Assembly: GCF_006345805.1 (NCBI RefSeq)
Contig: NW_021837026.1
Location: forward strand, 1 to 64,000
Source: Octopus sinensis
Lineage: Eukaryota
Length of the DNA: 64,000 nucleotides
Direction of reading: 5' to 3'
The stretch's first letter is position 1, and each line of letters begins with the position of its first letter. A program made the position numbers and the translations under genes. Shown here piece after piece: positions 50,885-64,000 of this stretch. The notes under the pieces are model-generated. The model saw only the letters and a program-made list of their open reading frames with translations, was not told the DNA's origin and did not search any database.

Positions 50885-51575
50885 AAATATCAATATAAAA
50901 ATTTATTACAACATATCAACAATTATGATTTTTTTGTCTTCTACCAGACAAGGTGTCTCCCTCTTCAAGCTTGATGTATTTAACTTCAATTTCATTAATA
51001 TCAACTTCAGTATCATGGATATATCTAAATATATCAACACAGTGAGAACTTTGATCTTTGAAGAGGATTGTGCTGGAGTTTTTGAGGAATTTGTTAGGAG
51101 AGAATAAAGGAATGGGAATAAGGAATAAAAGTTTTAAGTGACATTGATTTGGTCTTTGTTGTGTTTTCATCATCATCTTCATCATCCTTTAACCTTCATG
51201 CTCCTACCTCGTTTAAATAGTTAAACATCAATGTATAGTTGTGGATAGGTCACCAATTTACCCACAGTCTGCACTGACATATATGTACTTAATAAATTAT
51301 ATGCGGATTTGTCCTTAATGTTTAATACACATAATGTAGTCTTAAACCATATCCAAAATAACTAATTATCAAAAATGTCGAAAATAACTTACTAAGTGGA
51401 AAATCCCGATGTTGTCCGTGTGTAGCAGACAAACACTCACAACAGAGATGAATTCAAATGAGAGGGAAGATTATACAAACAGCACTACTATGATGTCATT
51501 AAATTGTCCGAAAGTTGTTTCGCATATTCTCCAGAGAATATGTGTCAACTCGCCCCGGTCTCCACTATAGCTTAA

Positions 51576-51795
51576 CCCTTTAGTGTTTAAACCAGCTATA
51601 TCCGGCTCAAATATTCTACTCATTTTATGCTCAAACTGGCCAGAACCAGTATCTCACACCTACCCTGCAATGTCATTCTAAAAATAAACAATTACATCTT
51701 TCAAATCTTGAAGCTACAAGATAATACCAGATTAATTTTTTAAAATGTAAATGAATAAAGATTACTTTTGACATATTAATTCGAACGCTAAAGGG
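51576..51795. mobile_element. piggyBac-like MITE, second family
   Basis: TTAA|CCCTTTAGTGTT ... AACGCTAAAGGG|TTAA. Confidence 0.75.
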
Positions 51796-51804
51796 TTAAG
51801 GAAG

Positions 51805-52368
51805 GGATCTTTTCCTTTTCAACAGCAGACAATTTCTAGTTAACTAAACACTTTTAAACTTCATATACTGGTAGAATGTGTCAAAATAAAACATTTTTTT
51901 CTCGGTTTTCTTGAGAAAATTGTAATTTGTTTAACGTAGTTTAATTTTTTCGAATTTTAACCAATCCTATGCCCTCTATTGAGATAAATCATTTGCTGCG
52001 TCTAAAACTGAGACAACATCCTGTAACTAACCCTAAATTTTTTTTCTTAATTGTTAAGCGTGTAAAAAAAACTAAAGCAATGGAATTAAATTAATTTAAC
52101 AATTAAGAAAAAAATTTAGGGTTACTTACAGGATGTTGTATCAGTTTTAGACGCAGCAAATGATTTTAGTTGAATGGAGGTAATCGATTGGTTAAAATTG
52201 CCGAAATGCTCAATTTTAAAGTGGAAATATCTTACAAACTATAGAATTTTCTCAATAAAGCCAAGAGAAAAAGATGTTTTATAACACATTCTACCAGTAT
52301 ACGAAGTTTAAAAGTGTTTAGTTAACTAGAAATTGTGTTGACATCTGCCGTTCTAAAGGAAAAGATCC
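51805..52368. mobile_element. GGATC-terminal foldback MITE with long internal palindrome
   Basis: GGATCTTTTCC / GGAAAAGATCC; inner arms ACAACATCCTGTAA...CCCTAAATTTTTTTTCTTAATTGTTAA; flanks TAAGGAAG / CAAAGAAG (6 of 8 match). Confidence 0.75.
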
Positions 52369-52745
52369 CAAAGAAGCTATACTCGGTTCATATCGCAGTA
52401 GGAAATGGGAAGGGTGACCGCAATCAGTAGTCCGAATAATGCCACAGCATGTGTTGGATATTCGAAGGGTGATTAGCCCTAACAATGACGAAAGGGAAGG
52501 AGAAGCTAGCCCCATGTCTGTATGGAAATCTCTTACGAAAAGTAATAGAGGAGCAGTCATCGTTAGATCATTGGGTGCGCGTGCAAGAAAAATAATGAAT
52601 GGATAGATGTGATGTCTGGAAGGGACCGGAAGCTGGCTGACATGACATCAAGTAAGGAAGCAACAGGCTGAAGACAGCCTTGTCCTTACGGGGTCTGGGA
52701 CTCGGTTAAGTTATGTGCTAGAAACAGTTGCAGAGCAGAATATAT

Positions 52746-53156
52746 GGATCTTTTCAGTTTGACCGCCAGTTTTTAAAAATAATTTCCACGTAACTAAGCA
52801 CTTTTAAACTTCGTATACTGGTAGAATGTGTTTATAAAACATCTTTTTCTCTTGGCTTTATTGAGAAAATTCTATGGTTTGTAAGATATTTGTTGGTTTT
52901 TTTCTTCAATCTCTGCGATTTCAACCAATCAATGACGTCTATTGAGGTGAAAACCTTCTGTGCCGTATGAATGTCCCTCGTTTAAGAAACAGATTGGGTT
53001 TATTTACATTTATGAAGAAAAAAAAAGATACCCTTCCCCTCACACCTAACCCTAAAACAGATTGAAATGCAATAGATCGATACTAGGGTCATAATTATGG
53101 GTGACAATTTCCTATGACACCGCTAGAAAAAACTGCCAATCAAACCGAAAAGATCC
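52746..53156. mobile_element. GGATC-TIR MITE with 8-bp TSD
   Basis: TSD GAATATAT on both sides; 411 bp. Confidence 0.9.
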
Positions 53157-53309
53157 GAATATATGAGTACACTTTATTAAAGTAATCTGGTCAGATTTCG
53201 GAAAAACACTTGAAGGGGAGGTTTTTGGCATAAGGGGACAAAGAAATCCACGGGAATGAATCCAGCCAATCAATAGAACCATCTTTTAGGGTATTGAATG
53301 ACTACAATC

Positions 53310-54900
53310 TTTTCAAGGGAAGTAACAACTGCAACACTTCCACATTTGCAATTAATTAAATAATTAAGCTGATTAGTTTATTGGTTACTGAGTCACTGTT
53401 TATTTCTGAATAGGGTAAGTTGGTTAAGCTGACAAAGATTCACTTTAAGGTTGTAATGGTGATACTACTACTACTAATAATAATGTAAATAATAGAATTA
53501 TTTTTTGAAGCGGGAACCTGACAACAATTAGGAAAATAGATCTCTTCGACTTAATAACTTTGAAGCTGAAATGTTGATTTGTTGTTTATAAAATACTATG
53601 ACCGACTGTTACATGTGATAGAACTGAAATTAATTGGTAAAGTGAGAATAAAACAGCGTAATTAATTAGTAGAATGTGAGGAGTCCGATTGAAGAATTCC
53701 ACATTAATATATGTTATCTTGTTGTTTATGAGGCATTGATAAAACAGTAAGTTGATAAAGATTTACTCTAATGTTATATTAATAATAGTAATGATGATGA
53801 TGATTTGAAAACTGGCCCAGGGTCAGCAATGTTTAATACGAGCGATAAGTCGATTGCATGGGTTCCGGTTTTTTCCTGAAAGAGATGAAAGACGAAGTCG
53901 ATCTCATCCGTATTTGAACGGTAAGTTGACAAAGATTTACTTTAAGGCTCTAATAGTGATACTACTACTAATAATAATAATGTGAATAATAGAATTCTGT
54001 GAACCTCTCGATGTTACAGTAATTATTTTTCGAAGCGGGAACCTGACAACATTAAGAAAATATATTTGCTCGTCTTAATTAATAACTTCCAAACTGAAAT
54101 GTTGATCTGTTGTTTACGAAAACTTACGATCGACTTTTATATATGATATAAAGGAAATTAATTGGTAAAATGAGAGTAAAACGGCGTAATTAATTAGTAA
54201 AATGAAACCGATTGACGAATACCACGTTAATTTCTTTTGTCATGTTGTTTACGAGGCATTGATGAAACGGTAAGTCGATACAGATTTACGGATGTTTTCG
54301 GTTTGAACGACAGTTTTAAAAATAATTTTACCCCTAATCCTAACCCTAAAGCAGATTGAAACGCAATAGATCAATACTAGGGTCATAATTATGGGTGACA
54401 ATTTCATATGACACTGCCGGTCAAACCGAAAAGATCCGATACTACTACTTCTAATGATAATGTAAGTAATAGAATTATGTGAACCTTTTAATGTTAAGTA
54501 ATTATTTTGAAGAGAATACATAACATTAGGAAAATATATTTGCTCGTCTTAAATAATAATTTCAAACTGAAATGTTGATCTGTTGTTTATGAAAACCTAT
54601 TATCAACTGTTACATGTGATATAAAGGAAATTAATTGGTAAAATGAGAGTAAAACGGCGTAATTAATTAGTAAAATGAAACCGATTGACGAATACCACGT
54701 TAATTTCTTTTGTCCTCTTGTTAATGAGGCATTGATGAAACGGTAAGTCGATACAGATTTACTTAAAGGTTATACTAATAATTGTAATGATGATGATGGT
54801 TTCAAATTTTGACGGAGGACTAGTAATCTTTAATGCGAGCGGGAGGAGGATTATATGGAACCCAGAATTTTCTGGAAGTAATGAAAGGCGAAGTCGACGT
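53310..54900. repeat. Tandem copies (about 3) of the X module, with a mini-MITE at 54290-54437
   Basis: Recurring CGGTAAGTTGA(T/C)AAAGATTT...GCGGGAACCTGACAAC...GAAATGTTGATCTGTTGTTTA. Confidence 0.75.
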
Positions 54901-55311
54901 CAGCCGTATTTGAACTCAGGTATTTCGTCTGTCGTTACGTTCCGAGTTCAAATTCCTTCGAGGTCGACTTTGCCTTTCATCCTTTCGGGGTCGATAAATT
55001 AAGTACCAGTTACGCACTGGGGTCGATATAATCGACTTAATCCCTTTGTCTGCCCTTGTTTGTCCCTCCCCTCTGTGTTTAGCTCCTTGTGGGTAGTAAA
55101 GAAATACGTATTTGAACTCAGAATTTTATGCTCAGGTCGACTTTAGCTTTAATTCCTTTCGGGATGAATAAAAAAAATGATATTGATTATAATAAGGCGA
55201 TCCTTTGGTATAGGTACCGGAAGTGGCTTTGTTTACATTTCTGAAGATAACAGAAACCCTTTTCTCCCCCCCCTAACCCCCCCATATATGTAAAAAAAAA
55301 AACGATTTTGA

Positions 55312-55790
55312 CTGAGGGCTGGCGAGCCAGATGGCTGCACCAGGCTCCAATCTTGATCTGGCAGAGTTTCTACAACTGGATGCCCTTCCTAATGTCAACC
55401 ACTCCGAGAGTGTAGTGGGTGCTTTTTACGTGCCACTGGCACAGGAGCCAGTCAGGTGGTGCTGGCAGCGACCTCGCTCGAATCCTTTTACACATGTCAC
55501 CAGCACAGGTACCAGTAAGGCGACGTTGGTAACGATCACGCTTGAATGGTGCCCTTTTATGTGCCACTGGCACGGAAGCCAGTTGGCTGCTCTTGCAACA
55601 ATCACACTCGGATGGTGCTCTTGGCATCCTACTATCTCGGGCACAAGTGCCAGTAAGGCGACGCTGGTAACGATCACGCTCGAATGGTGCCCTTTAAGTC
55701 CCACTGGCACGGAAGCCGGTTAGCCGCTCTGTCAGTGATCACGCTCGTATGGTGCTCTTTGCACCCTGCTAGCCTGGACGCCAGTCATCG
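55312..55790 (+). mobile_element. SINE family D
   Basis: CTACAACTGGATGCCCTTCCTAA...GTGCCACTGGCAC subrepeats. Confidence 0.7.
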
Positions 55791-55820
55791 AATTTGCTTT
55801 TGCTTTTGATTGATTTGATT

Positions 55821-56261
55821 TGTAACAGGATCTGGAATTGGTATTAGTGAAGGGGTGTCCGATCTGATCCTGTCACATACAATTTTGGTAGAATAACAGA
55901 CAAGTCAGATGATCTACGAACACAGCAAAACGGTTGTTTATTTTTCGTCGCAATGTAGAACTGGTGTACGCGTTCTCTGGAGGGAAACCGACAGTCGAAT
56001 CTGCAGTACTGAATACTCGCTTTCTTGTTTGTTAGTCGAACGATTCGTCGGGTTCGCTGGTTGGTTTGTATGAAGTCCTCAGAGAGTCTGCCAATACACG
56101 TCCGTTCACGGGTGTTGCCCGAGCCAGAAAGAAAGAGTGAGCGAACTGCGTTTTAGGGGTCAGTTTCCTGCACATGCGCATGAGGAAGACTTCCTGTGGC
56201 CAACCGGAAGTAATCCAATGCTGCGTATGTGCGCTGAACCTTACACAGCAGCATCACTACA
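55821..56261 (-). mobile_element. Probable solo LTR (441 bp)
   Basis: TGTA...TACA termini, GATT on both sides, a minus-strand AATAAA, and TGCGCATG, CCGGAAGT and CCAAT motifs. The flank is a GATTT repeat, so the TSD is weak evidence. Confidence 0.55.
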
Positions 56262-56798
56262 GATTTGACTTGATTTTATAAATATGAATTAGTATACATA
56301 TATCAAACTTATAAAGTCAAATACAAAATATAAGATGTAAAACTGTGCATCAAAATAAAAGTGTCTATGATCAAATGTGAAAACTATCCTCTTTATCTCA
56401 CTGACTCTTTTTTTTCTATTTCAGAATATCACTTCATGTTGACATAAAACAAATTACTTCATTCAGGTGTGCCTTTGATGTTTTTATCAACATTTATTGA
56501 CTAAAGGAAGACGATATATTTATAAGGAGCATTCATCAATACATCTACGTTTTTATATAAAGAAAGTCTGTGACAAAATATTGGGAAATATTTCTTCTGA
56601 ACGATGGAATTAACAGCAACAATTTGAAGTCTTTGCTGTCTGGAATGTAGAGGAGATGATTGCTTTACAGGTTAATCAAACTAGGATAACTTTACAAAGA
56701 AGTTTACAGTTTTCACCTACTTCTGTAAATCATTCTCTGAAAATAGTGACTCAACTGAACACGAACACATTCATATATATGGAAAAGACACTATCATT

Positions 56799-58139
56799 GT
56801 GATATGTATGATCAATCATTCTCTAATGATGAATCATTTAACTAAACCAAAAAACCCTGATGCAGGAGAGAAACCATATCACTGTAATATCTGTGGGAAA
56901 TCATTCTCTCAAAGGAGTAACTTAACAATACACAAACGTATTCATACAGGAGAGAAACCATTTCATTGTAACGTCTGTGGTAAATCATTCTCTGAAAATA
57001 ATCATTTGACTAGACACAAACGTTTTCATACTGGGCAAAAACCATATCACTGTAATATCTGTGATAAATCATTTTCTGAAAGTATTTTTTTAACTAGACA
57101 CAAACGTATTCATACAGGGGAGATGCCATATCGTTGTGATACTTGTGGTAAATCATTTTCTCGATGTGATGCCTTGACTACACACAAACGTACACATACA
57201 GGAGAAAAGCCACATCATTGTGATATTTGTGGTAAATCATTCTCTGAAAGTGGTAACTTGACTCGACACAAATTTACACATACAGGAGAGAAGCCATATC
57301 ATTGTGATATTTGTGATAAATCATTCTCTCAAAGTGGTGACTTGACAAGACACAAACACACACATACAGGAGTGAAGTCATATCATTGTAATATCTGTGG
57401 TAAATTATTCTCTAGAAATAATCATTTGACTAGTCACAAACGTATTCATACTGGTGAAAAGCCATATCAGTGTGATATTTGTGGTAAATCATTCTCTAGA
57501 AATATTTATTTGAAGAGTCACATACGCGTTCATACAGGAGAAAAACCATGTTATTGTGATATTTGTGGTAAATCATCCTCTGAAATTGGTGCTTTGAGTA
57601 GACACAAACGTACACATACAGGAGAAAAGCCATATCATTGTGATATCTGTGGTAAATCATTCTCTGACAGTGGTGCCTTGACTAAACACAAACGTACACA
57701 TACAGGAGAAAAGCCATATCATTGTGATATCTGTGGTAAATCATTCTCTGAAAGTGGTGCCTTGACTAGTCACAAACGCATTCATTCAGGAGAGAAGCCG
57801 TATCATTGTAATATTTGTGGTAAATCATTCTCTCAAAGTGGGGACTTGCTTAAACACAAACTTACACATACAGGAGAGAAGCCATATCGTTGTGATATTT
57901 GTGGTAAATCATTCTCAGCAAGTAGCAATTTAACTTGTCACATACGTATTCATACTGGGGAAAAACCATATTGTTGTGGTATTTGTGGTAAATCATTTTC
58001 TAAAAATAGCGGTTTAACTAGTCACAAACGTGTTCATACAGGAGAGAAACCATATCACTGTGTTGTGTGTGGTAAATCATTCTCTCAAACGAGTGCCTTA
58101 GGTAGACACAAGCGAGCACATACTAGGGAGGAGCCATAA
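56799..58139 (+). CDS. G9: C2H2 zinc-finger protein, 15 fingers
   Basis: Open 446-codon frame. The ORF-track start is GTG; ATGs at 56808, 56826 and 56829. Ends TREEP* rather than TQV*. Confidence 0.92.
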   Translation: MICMINHSLMMNHLTKPKNPDAGEKPYHCNICGKSFSQRSNLTIHKRIHTGEKPFHCNVCGKSFSENNHLTRHKRFHTGQKPYHCNICDKSFSESIFLTRHKRIHTGEMPYRCDTCGKSFSRCDALTTHKRTHTGEKPHHCDICGKSFSESGNLTRHKFTHTGEKPYHCDICDKSFSQSGDLTRHKHTHTGVKSYHCNICGKLFSRNNHLTSHKRIHTGEKPYQCDICGKSFSRNIYLKSHIRVHTGEKPCYCDICGKSSSEIGALSRHKRTHTGEKPYHCDICGKSFSDSGALTKHKRTHTGEKPYHCDICGKSFSESGALTSHKRIHSGEKPYHCNICGKSFSQSGDLLKHKLTHTGEKPYRCDICGKSFSASSNLTCHIRIHTGEKPYCCGICGKSFSKNSGLTSHKRVHTGEKPYHCVVCGKSFSQTSALGRHKRAHTREEP

Positions 58140-58185
58140 CATTCCAGTACCTGTGGTAGTTTCTTTTTTGAAGATGGTGTTTTGG

Positions 58186-58313
58186 CATCCAGCTGTAGAA
58201 ACACTGCCAGATCAGACTGGGCCTGGCGCAGCCTTCAGGCTTCCCAGACCCCAGTTGAACCATCCAACCCATGCTAGCATGGAAAATTGATGTTAAACGA
58301 CGATGATGATGAT
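58186..58313 (-). mobile_element. SINE D fragment in decayed fingers behind G9
   Basis: GCATCCAGCTGTAGAAACACTGCC...TAAACGACGATGATG. Confidence 0.7.
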
Positions 58314-58539
58314 GTTCATGCTGGAGAGAAACTATGTCGTTGTGTTATATGTAGTAAATCATTCTCTTATAGATCCATTACCAGAGCCCCTTCTGCCGGC
58401 TTGTGGCCCTAATATCACTCGGTCTCAGACCAATCCGCCTTGGGTGGCCCTACCAGGAACCGAAGTTCCCGACAGCATAGCTCTGACAATACTCATTGCC
58501 AGCGTCCCCACCACGGTGAGGAGAGGATGGACTTTGTGT

Positions 58540-59030
58540 CTGAGTGGTAAGAAGCTTGCTTACCAACCACATGGTTCCGGGTTCAGTCCCACTGCGTGAC
58601 ATCTTGGGCAAGTGTCTTCTGCTATAGCCACGGGCCGACCAATGCCTTGTGAGTGGATTTGATAGACGGAAACTGAAAGAAGCCTGTCGTATATATGTAT
58701 GAGTGTGGATATGTTTGTGTGTCTGTGTTTGTCCCCCTAGCATTGCTTGACAACCGATGCTGGTGTGTTTACGTCCCCGTCACTTAGCAGTTCGGCAAAA
58801 GAAACCGAAAGAATAAGTACTGGGCTTACAAAGAATAAATCCTGGGGTCGATTCTTGACAACCGATGCTGATGTGTTTACGTCCCCGTTACTTAGCGGTT
58901 CGGCAAAAGAGACCGATAGAATAAGTATTGGGCTTATAAAGAAAAATCCCAGGGGCGATTTGCTCAACTAAAGGCGGTGCTCCAGCATGGCCGCAGTCAA
59001 ATGACTGAAACAAGTAAAAGAGTAAAAGAG
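58540..59030 (+). mobile_element. SINE family A with an internal duplication of about 90 bp
   Basis: TGACAACCGATGCTG...GAATAAGTA...GGGCTTA repeated twice. Confidence 0.8.
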
Positions 59031-59451
59031 AGCATCTGCTAATTTCTGATATTTCAGGGTTTTTTTGTCTCAGTACAAAGACATTTCACTCCATGAAGTG
59101 ACTACACCATGTAGCAGTACAAATTCATTTTCCTTCATGAATCAGTGACTTTGAAGTCTTTTGCTGAGCTCTTTGTTGGCTTTTGCCCACTAAAGTGCAC
59201 AAATGGGTATTTTATTTCTTGAAACAATGAATCCATTTTGACGCTGCTCACGGACCAAGTCTGCTACATGCTTCCCAAGAATCGGCCAGTGTGCAATACC
59301 TCCTCTCACGGTACATTTTGTCCTGCGTATACTCCTTAATAAATCTTTATTATAAATATTAATTATATTTATATTTTTTGTTATTTATGTATTGTTTTAT
59401 GTCTCTCACTGTTTAAGTTGCTTAATAGTGGTTTTATCTCTAATTTAATTT

Positions 59452-60066
59452 ATGCCAACCTCCCTTCATTGGACACTAAACTCTGCTTGTGAAGACCTGT
59501 TGGGGCAAGTGAAATCGAAATTGAACCAATCCTATGACTGGCACCCGGCAGTTGCCAGGACCGCTGGACTGACTCCTGTGCAGTGGCAAGTGAAGAAACA
59601 CCATTTCGACCTTGTGCTTGAGGAGATCCATTGAGTCAAGTATACCGACATCAAAATCAATGGAAACTGCAGTTGTGATCCCTGAGCCAGTGGCACGTAA
59701 AAAGCACCATCTGAAGGTGGTCGATGCCAGCGCCGCCTTGACTAGCTTCCATGCCGGTGGCACGTAAAAAGCGCTATCCGAATCGTGGCCGATGCCAGCG
59801 CCGCCTTGACTGGCTTCCGTGCCGGTGGCACGTAAAAAGCACCAATCCGATCGTGGCCGTTTGCCAGCCTTGCCTGGCACCTGTGCAGGTGGTACGTAAA
59901 AAGCACCCACTACACTCATGGAGTGGTTGGCATGAGGAAGGGCATCCAGCTGTAGAAACACTGCCAGATCAGACTGGAGCCTGGTGCAGCCTTCTGGCTT
60001 CCCAGATCCCCGGTCGAACCGTCCAACCCATGTTAGCATGGAGAACGGACGTTAAACGATGATGAT
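59452..60066 (-). mobile_element. SINE family D, long copy
   Basis: Subrepeats GTGCCGGTGGCACGTAAAAAGC; ends GGACGTTAAACGATGATG. Confidence 0.75.
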
Positions 60067-60859
60067 ATATATATTTAAACACTTAAGAGATGGCCATAAT
60101 AGGACATCTGACTCACTAGAAAGAGCAATTAAACTCCAAACCACTAATAGTTGTAATTCTGAAATGGAAAGAGAAATAAAAACGTTTACCCAATCTTTCT
60201 TGGACTATGCATAATTTCGGCAATCTTTTGTAAATAAAATAAAATTATTTTAATTTATGATTGGCGTTGCCATCTTCAGCATCTTTTTTTCTTTCTCGCT
60301 AGACCACTGGTGGCGGAGAATTTTTCTAGAATTTATATATATATATATATATATATGTATATTAGAAGAAATGAGGTACTCAGAAATTCGGATGGTTTTA
60401 TATTTACAGATATTTATTTCTATATTACATGTTTTTATACATAATATATCATATATTAGCGCTTTTGTCCATTCTAGTGGAGTTTTCAAATTGAACTAAG
60501 TTCTTGCAGGAATTTGGACTCTTTTTATAGTGTTATTGAGTGTGTAGTGATGGGGAGAGATATAAGATAGTACAAGAGGGTGATGAATGGTGACAAAGTG
60601 AGAGAGAGCACATGTATGTGTGTGTGTTTTTGTATCTGAAAGAGGTGTTAAAGTTAAAAGAGGAAAGGAAGAAAAGGGAAAGAAACAAGAAAAAAATTTT
60701 TGTTGATCTCTTTGCAGCTGGTCAGGTTGGCAATAATAATCGACTGTTTACTCCAAAGGGGACAAAATCTCACCTTTCAAAAAATTGTCTAGATTTATAT
60801 TCAGTGCCTCATTTCTTCTAATATAAAATACCTGTACATTATCTCCAAACTTTCTAATA

Positions 60860-61210
60860 TATATATCGAAATCGATCAAAAAATCAATAGAAATCGTAGT
60901 TGTGATACCAGTGCCGGTGGCATGTAAAAAGCACCATCTGAACATGGCCGTTGCCAGCACTGCCTCGACTGGCTTCTATGCCAGTGGCACGTAAAAAGCA
61001 CCAACCAATCGTGGCCGTTGCCAGCCTCACCTGGCACATAAAAAGCACCCACTACCCTCACGGAGTAGTTGGCGTTAGGAAGGGCATCCAGCTTTAGAAA
61101 CACTGCCAGATCAGACTGGAGCCTGGTGCAGCCCCCCGGCTTCCAAGACCCCGGTCGAATCATCCAACCCATGCTAGGAAGGAAAACGGACGTTAAACAA
61201 TGATGATGAT
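60860..61210 (-). mobile_element. SINE family D
   Basis: Match to 59690-60066. Confidence 0.75.
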
Positions 61211-61514
61211 ATATATATGTATATATATATATAAATATGTGTAAGCATATATATTTCTACAAAGATATCTGTATATGTGTGTGTATATATGCACACATAA
61301 GCGATTGTTTAGTGTGTGTATTTACACGTATTTTAGGCGAATTAGCTATGTACATATGTGTGTTTAATTAGATGTGAAGGTGTATATGTCACTATGCCAT
61401 TGCATATTTGGATGCACATATATTTGTACAAATATATATTCATAATTCCTTATTGTGTGTATGCGTATGTAGGTGTCTTACGTCTCTGTGTGTGTAACTT
61501 TATATATGAGCGTA

Positions 61515-61935
61515 TATCATCATCATCGTTTAACGTCCGTTCTCCATGCTAGCATGGGTTGCACAGTTTGACCGGGGTCTGGGAAGTCAGGAGGCTGCAC
61601 CAGGCTCCAGTCTGATCTGGCAGTGTTTCTACAGCTGGATGCCCTTCCTAATGCCAACCACTCAGTAAGTGTAGTGGGTGCTTTTTACGTGCCACCCGCA
61701 CAGGTGCCAGACGGGGCTGGCAAACGGCCACGATCGGTTGGTGCTTTTTACGTGCCACTGGCACGGGGGCCAGGCAAGGCTGGCAAACGGCCATGATCGG
61801 ATGGTGTTTTTTTACGTGCCACTGGCACGAGGCCAGTCAGGGCGGTGCTGGCAACGGCCACGTTCGGATGGTTCTCTTACGTGCCACCGGCACTGGTATC
61901 ACAGCTGCAATTTCCATTGATGTTGATCGATTTCA
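61515..61935 (+). mobile_element. SINE family D (opposite orientation to its neighbour)
   Basis: ATCATCATCGTTTAACGTCCGTTCTCCATGCTAGCATGGG start. Confidence 0.78.
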
Positions 61936-62458
61936 AGTAGTTATTTTGTCTGCTTGTTAATCCACCTTAAGGTTCTTTTTGTCTTCTTCAAGGAACCGAT
62001 ACAGGTTGGCACCTGTGGCGTCACAACTCCTTTCAACAGCTGAGTGAACAGGAGCAGCATGAAATAAAGTGTCTTGCTCAAGAACACAACACGCAGCCCA
62101 GTCCAGGATTCGAGCTCACAACCTGAATCGTATGGTCAAAGCTCTAGCGAGTGAGCCATGCGCGTCTCACACGGACACACATATCTTATTGACATCTTTA
62201 TCATTTCAGAAACAAAGTAGATTGTATTTACAAACCTTAGTTTCATCCTATTGCCATTTATAAGACATAACTATGTCATACCTTCCCCTATTTATTCCTT
62301 CATTTTCTCTCTCACCTTGTCTCGTCTTCTACCCACCCACGCATCCTAGCAGCCGTATTAAGGAGAGCAGGAACTACTCACTCATCTGGTAAAATCAGAT
62401 CAACTGAGTCATCTGTTTTCTGAGAAGTTCTAATTGCTAATTCTTACCTTTATTCACC

Positions 62459-62830
62459 TAGCTGTGTGGTAAGTAGCTTGCTTACCAACCACATGGTTCC
62501 GGGTTCAGTCCCACTGCGTGGCATCTTGGGCAAGTGTCTTCTGCTATAGCTTCGGCCCGACCAATGCCTTGTGAGTGAATTTGGTAGACGGAAACTGAAA
62601 GAAGCCTGTCGTATATATGCATATATGTGTGTGTATATGTTTGTGTTTGTCTCCCTAGCATTGCTTGACAACCAATGCTGGTGTGTTTATGTCCCCGTCA
62701 CTTAGTGGTTCGGCAAAAGAGACCGATAGAATAAGTACTGGGCTTTCAAAGAATAAGTCCCGGGGTCGATTTGCTCGACTAAAGGCGGTGCTCCAGCATG
62801 GCCGCAGTCAAATGACTGAAACAAGTAAGA
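62459..62830 (+). mobile_element. SINE family A
   Basis: Near full-length forward copy. Confidence 0.85.
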
Positions 62831-63684
62831 GAGAGAAAGCGATGCCTTCCCCTATATACTCCCTTCATTTTCTCTCTCACCTTGTCTCGTCTTCTACCCA
62901 ACCACACATTCTAGCAGCCGTATTAACGAGATCAGAAGCTACTCATTTACCTGGCAAATCAGGTTAATTGAGTCACCTGGCATTATGTTCTGTTTTCTGA
63001 GAAGTTCTAATTGCTAATTCTTACCTTTATTCACCTGATTGAAACGGTTGTCTTGCAGGATGTAGCACTTTTGTTCATCAGTAAAGAACGTGTTTGAAAC
63101 AGCTGTAGTGAACCACAGCCCATCTTTGTTATTAATCACTCTTCACCTTACTCAGAACTTTCTTTCGGTTCATTTGCATCTGGAGTCTACAGTCAACAGT
63201 GGAATATGTGCAGTGAGTGTAGTCCTTTATGAATGCGATGACAGTTACTTGTGGATGTATGCATAATTTGAAGGACAAATCCGTATATAATTTATTAAGT
63301 ATATATATGTCAGTGTATGCTATGGGTAAATAGGTGGGTTATCCACAGCTCTACATTGATGTTTAAATATTTAACGAGGTAGGAGCATGAAGGTCAAAGG
63401 ATGATGATGATGATGAAAACACAACAAAGACCAAATCAATGTCACTTAAATCTTTTATTCATTATTCTCTCCTAACAAATTCCTCAAAAACTCCAGCACA
63501 ATCCTCTTCAAACATCAAAGTTCTCACTGTGTTGATATATTTAGATATATCCATGATACTGAAGTTGATATTCATGAAATTAAAGTTGAATACATCAAGC
63601 TTGAAGAGGGAGACACCTTGTCTGGTAGAAGACAAAAAACTCATAATTGTTGATATGTTGTAATAAATTTTTATATTGATATTT

Positions 63685-64000
<316 letters not shown>

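Noticed and set aside
51040-51135. Antisense polypyrimidine tract plus AG behind each gene as a splice acceptor
   Set aside because: It is adequately explained as the complement of the purine-rich paired AATAAA region, so it was not called separately.

Overview
AT-rich eukaryotic genomic DNA containing a dense cluster of ten tandem C2H2 zinc-finger genes, labelled here G1-G10 (two cut by the window edges). Each has a single finger-coding exon built from 84-bp TGEKP-linked units. The SINE types and finger style point to an octopus or other coleoid cephalopod (inference; no search run). Orientation is almost strictly alternating (- + - + - + - + + -), giving four head-to-head pairs and four tail-to-tail pairs. 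The cluster looks built from inverted and direct segmental duplications. G3, G4, G7 and G9 are intact; G1 is intact as far as visible; G6 is truncated by a nonsense codon; G5 and G8 each carry one 1-bp frameshift; G2 and G10 are disrupted. Spacers are packed with mobile DNA: several tRNA-derived and RTE-tailed SINEs, CR1, RTE and Penelope fragments, a Helitron, a solo LTR, mariner and piggyBac relics, and many GG-terminal inverted-repeat elements, several with 8-bp TSDs (Merlin-like). Most notable observations: (1) the shared start codon appears to have been created by a 1-bp insertion inside a dead finger, paired with a compensating +2 indel; (2) a TIR element carries a promoter-like core and splice donor positioned to feed G6; (3) fingers and leaders are mosaic between paralogs; (4) TIR elements and one AT-rich module are confined to spacers upstream of genes. 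No prokaryotic features (CRISPR, rRNA) are present.
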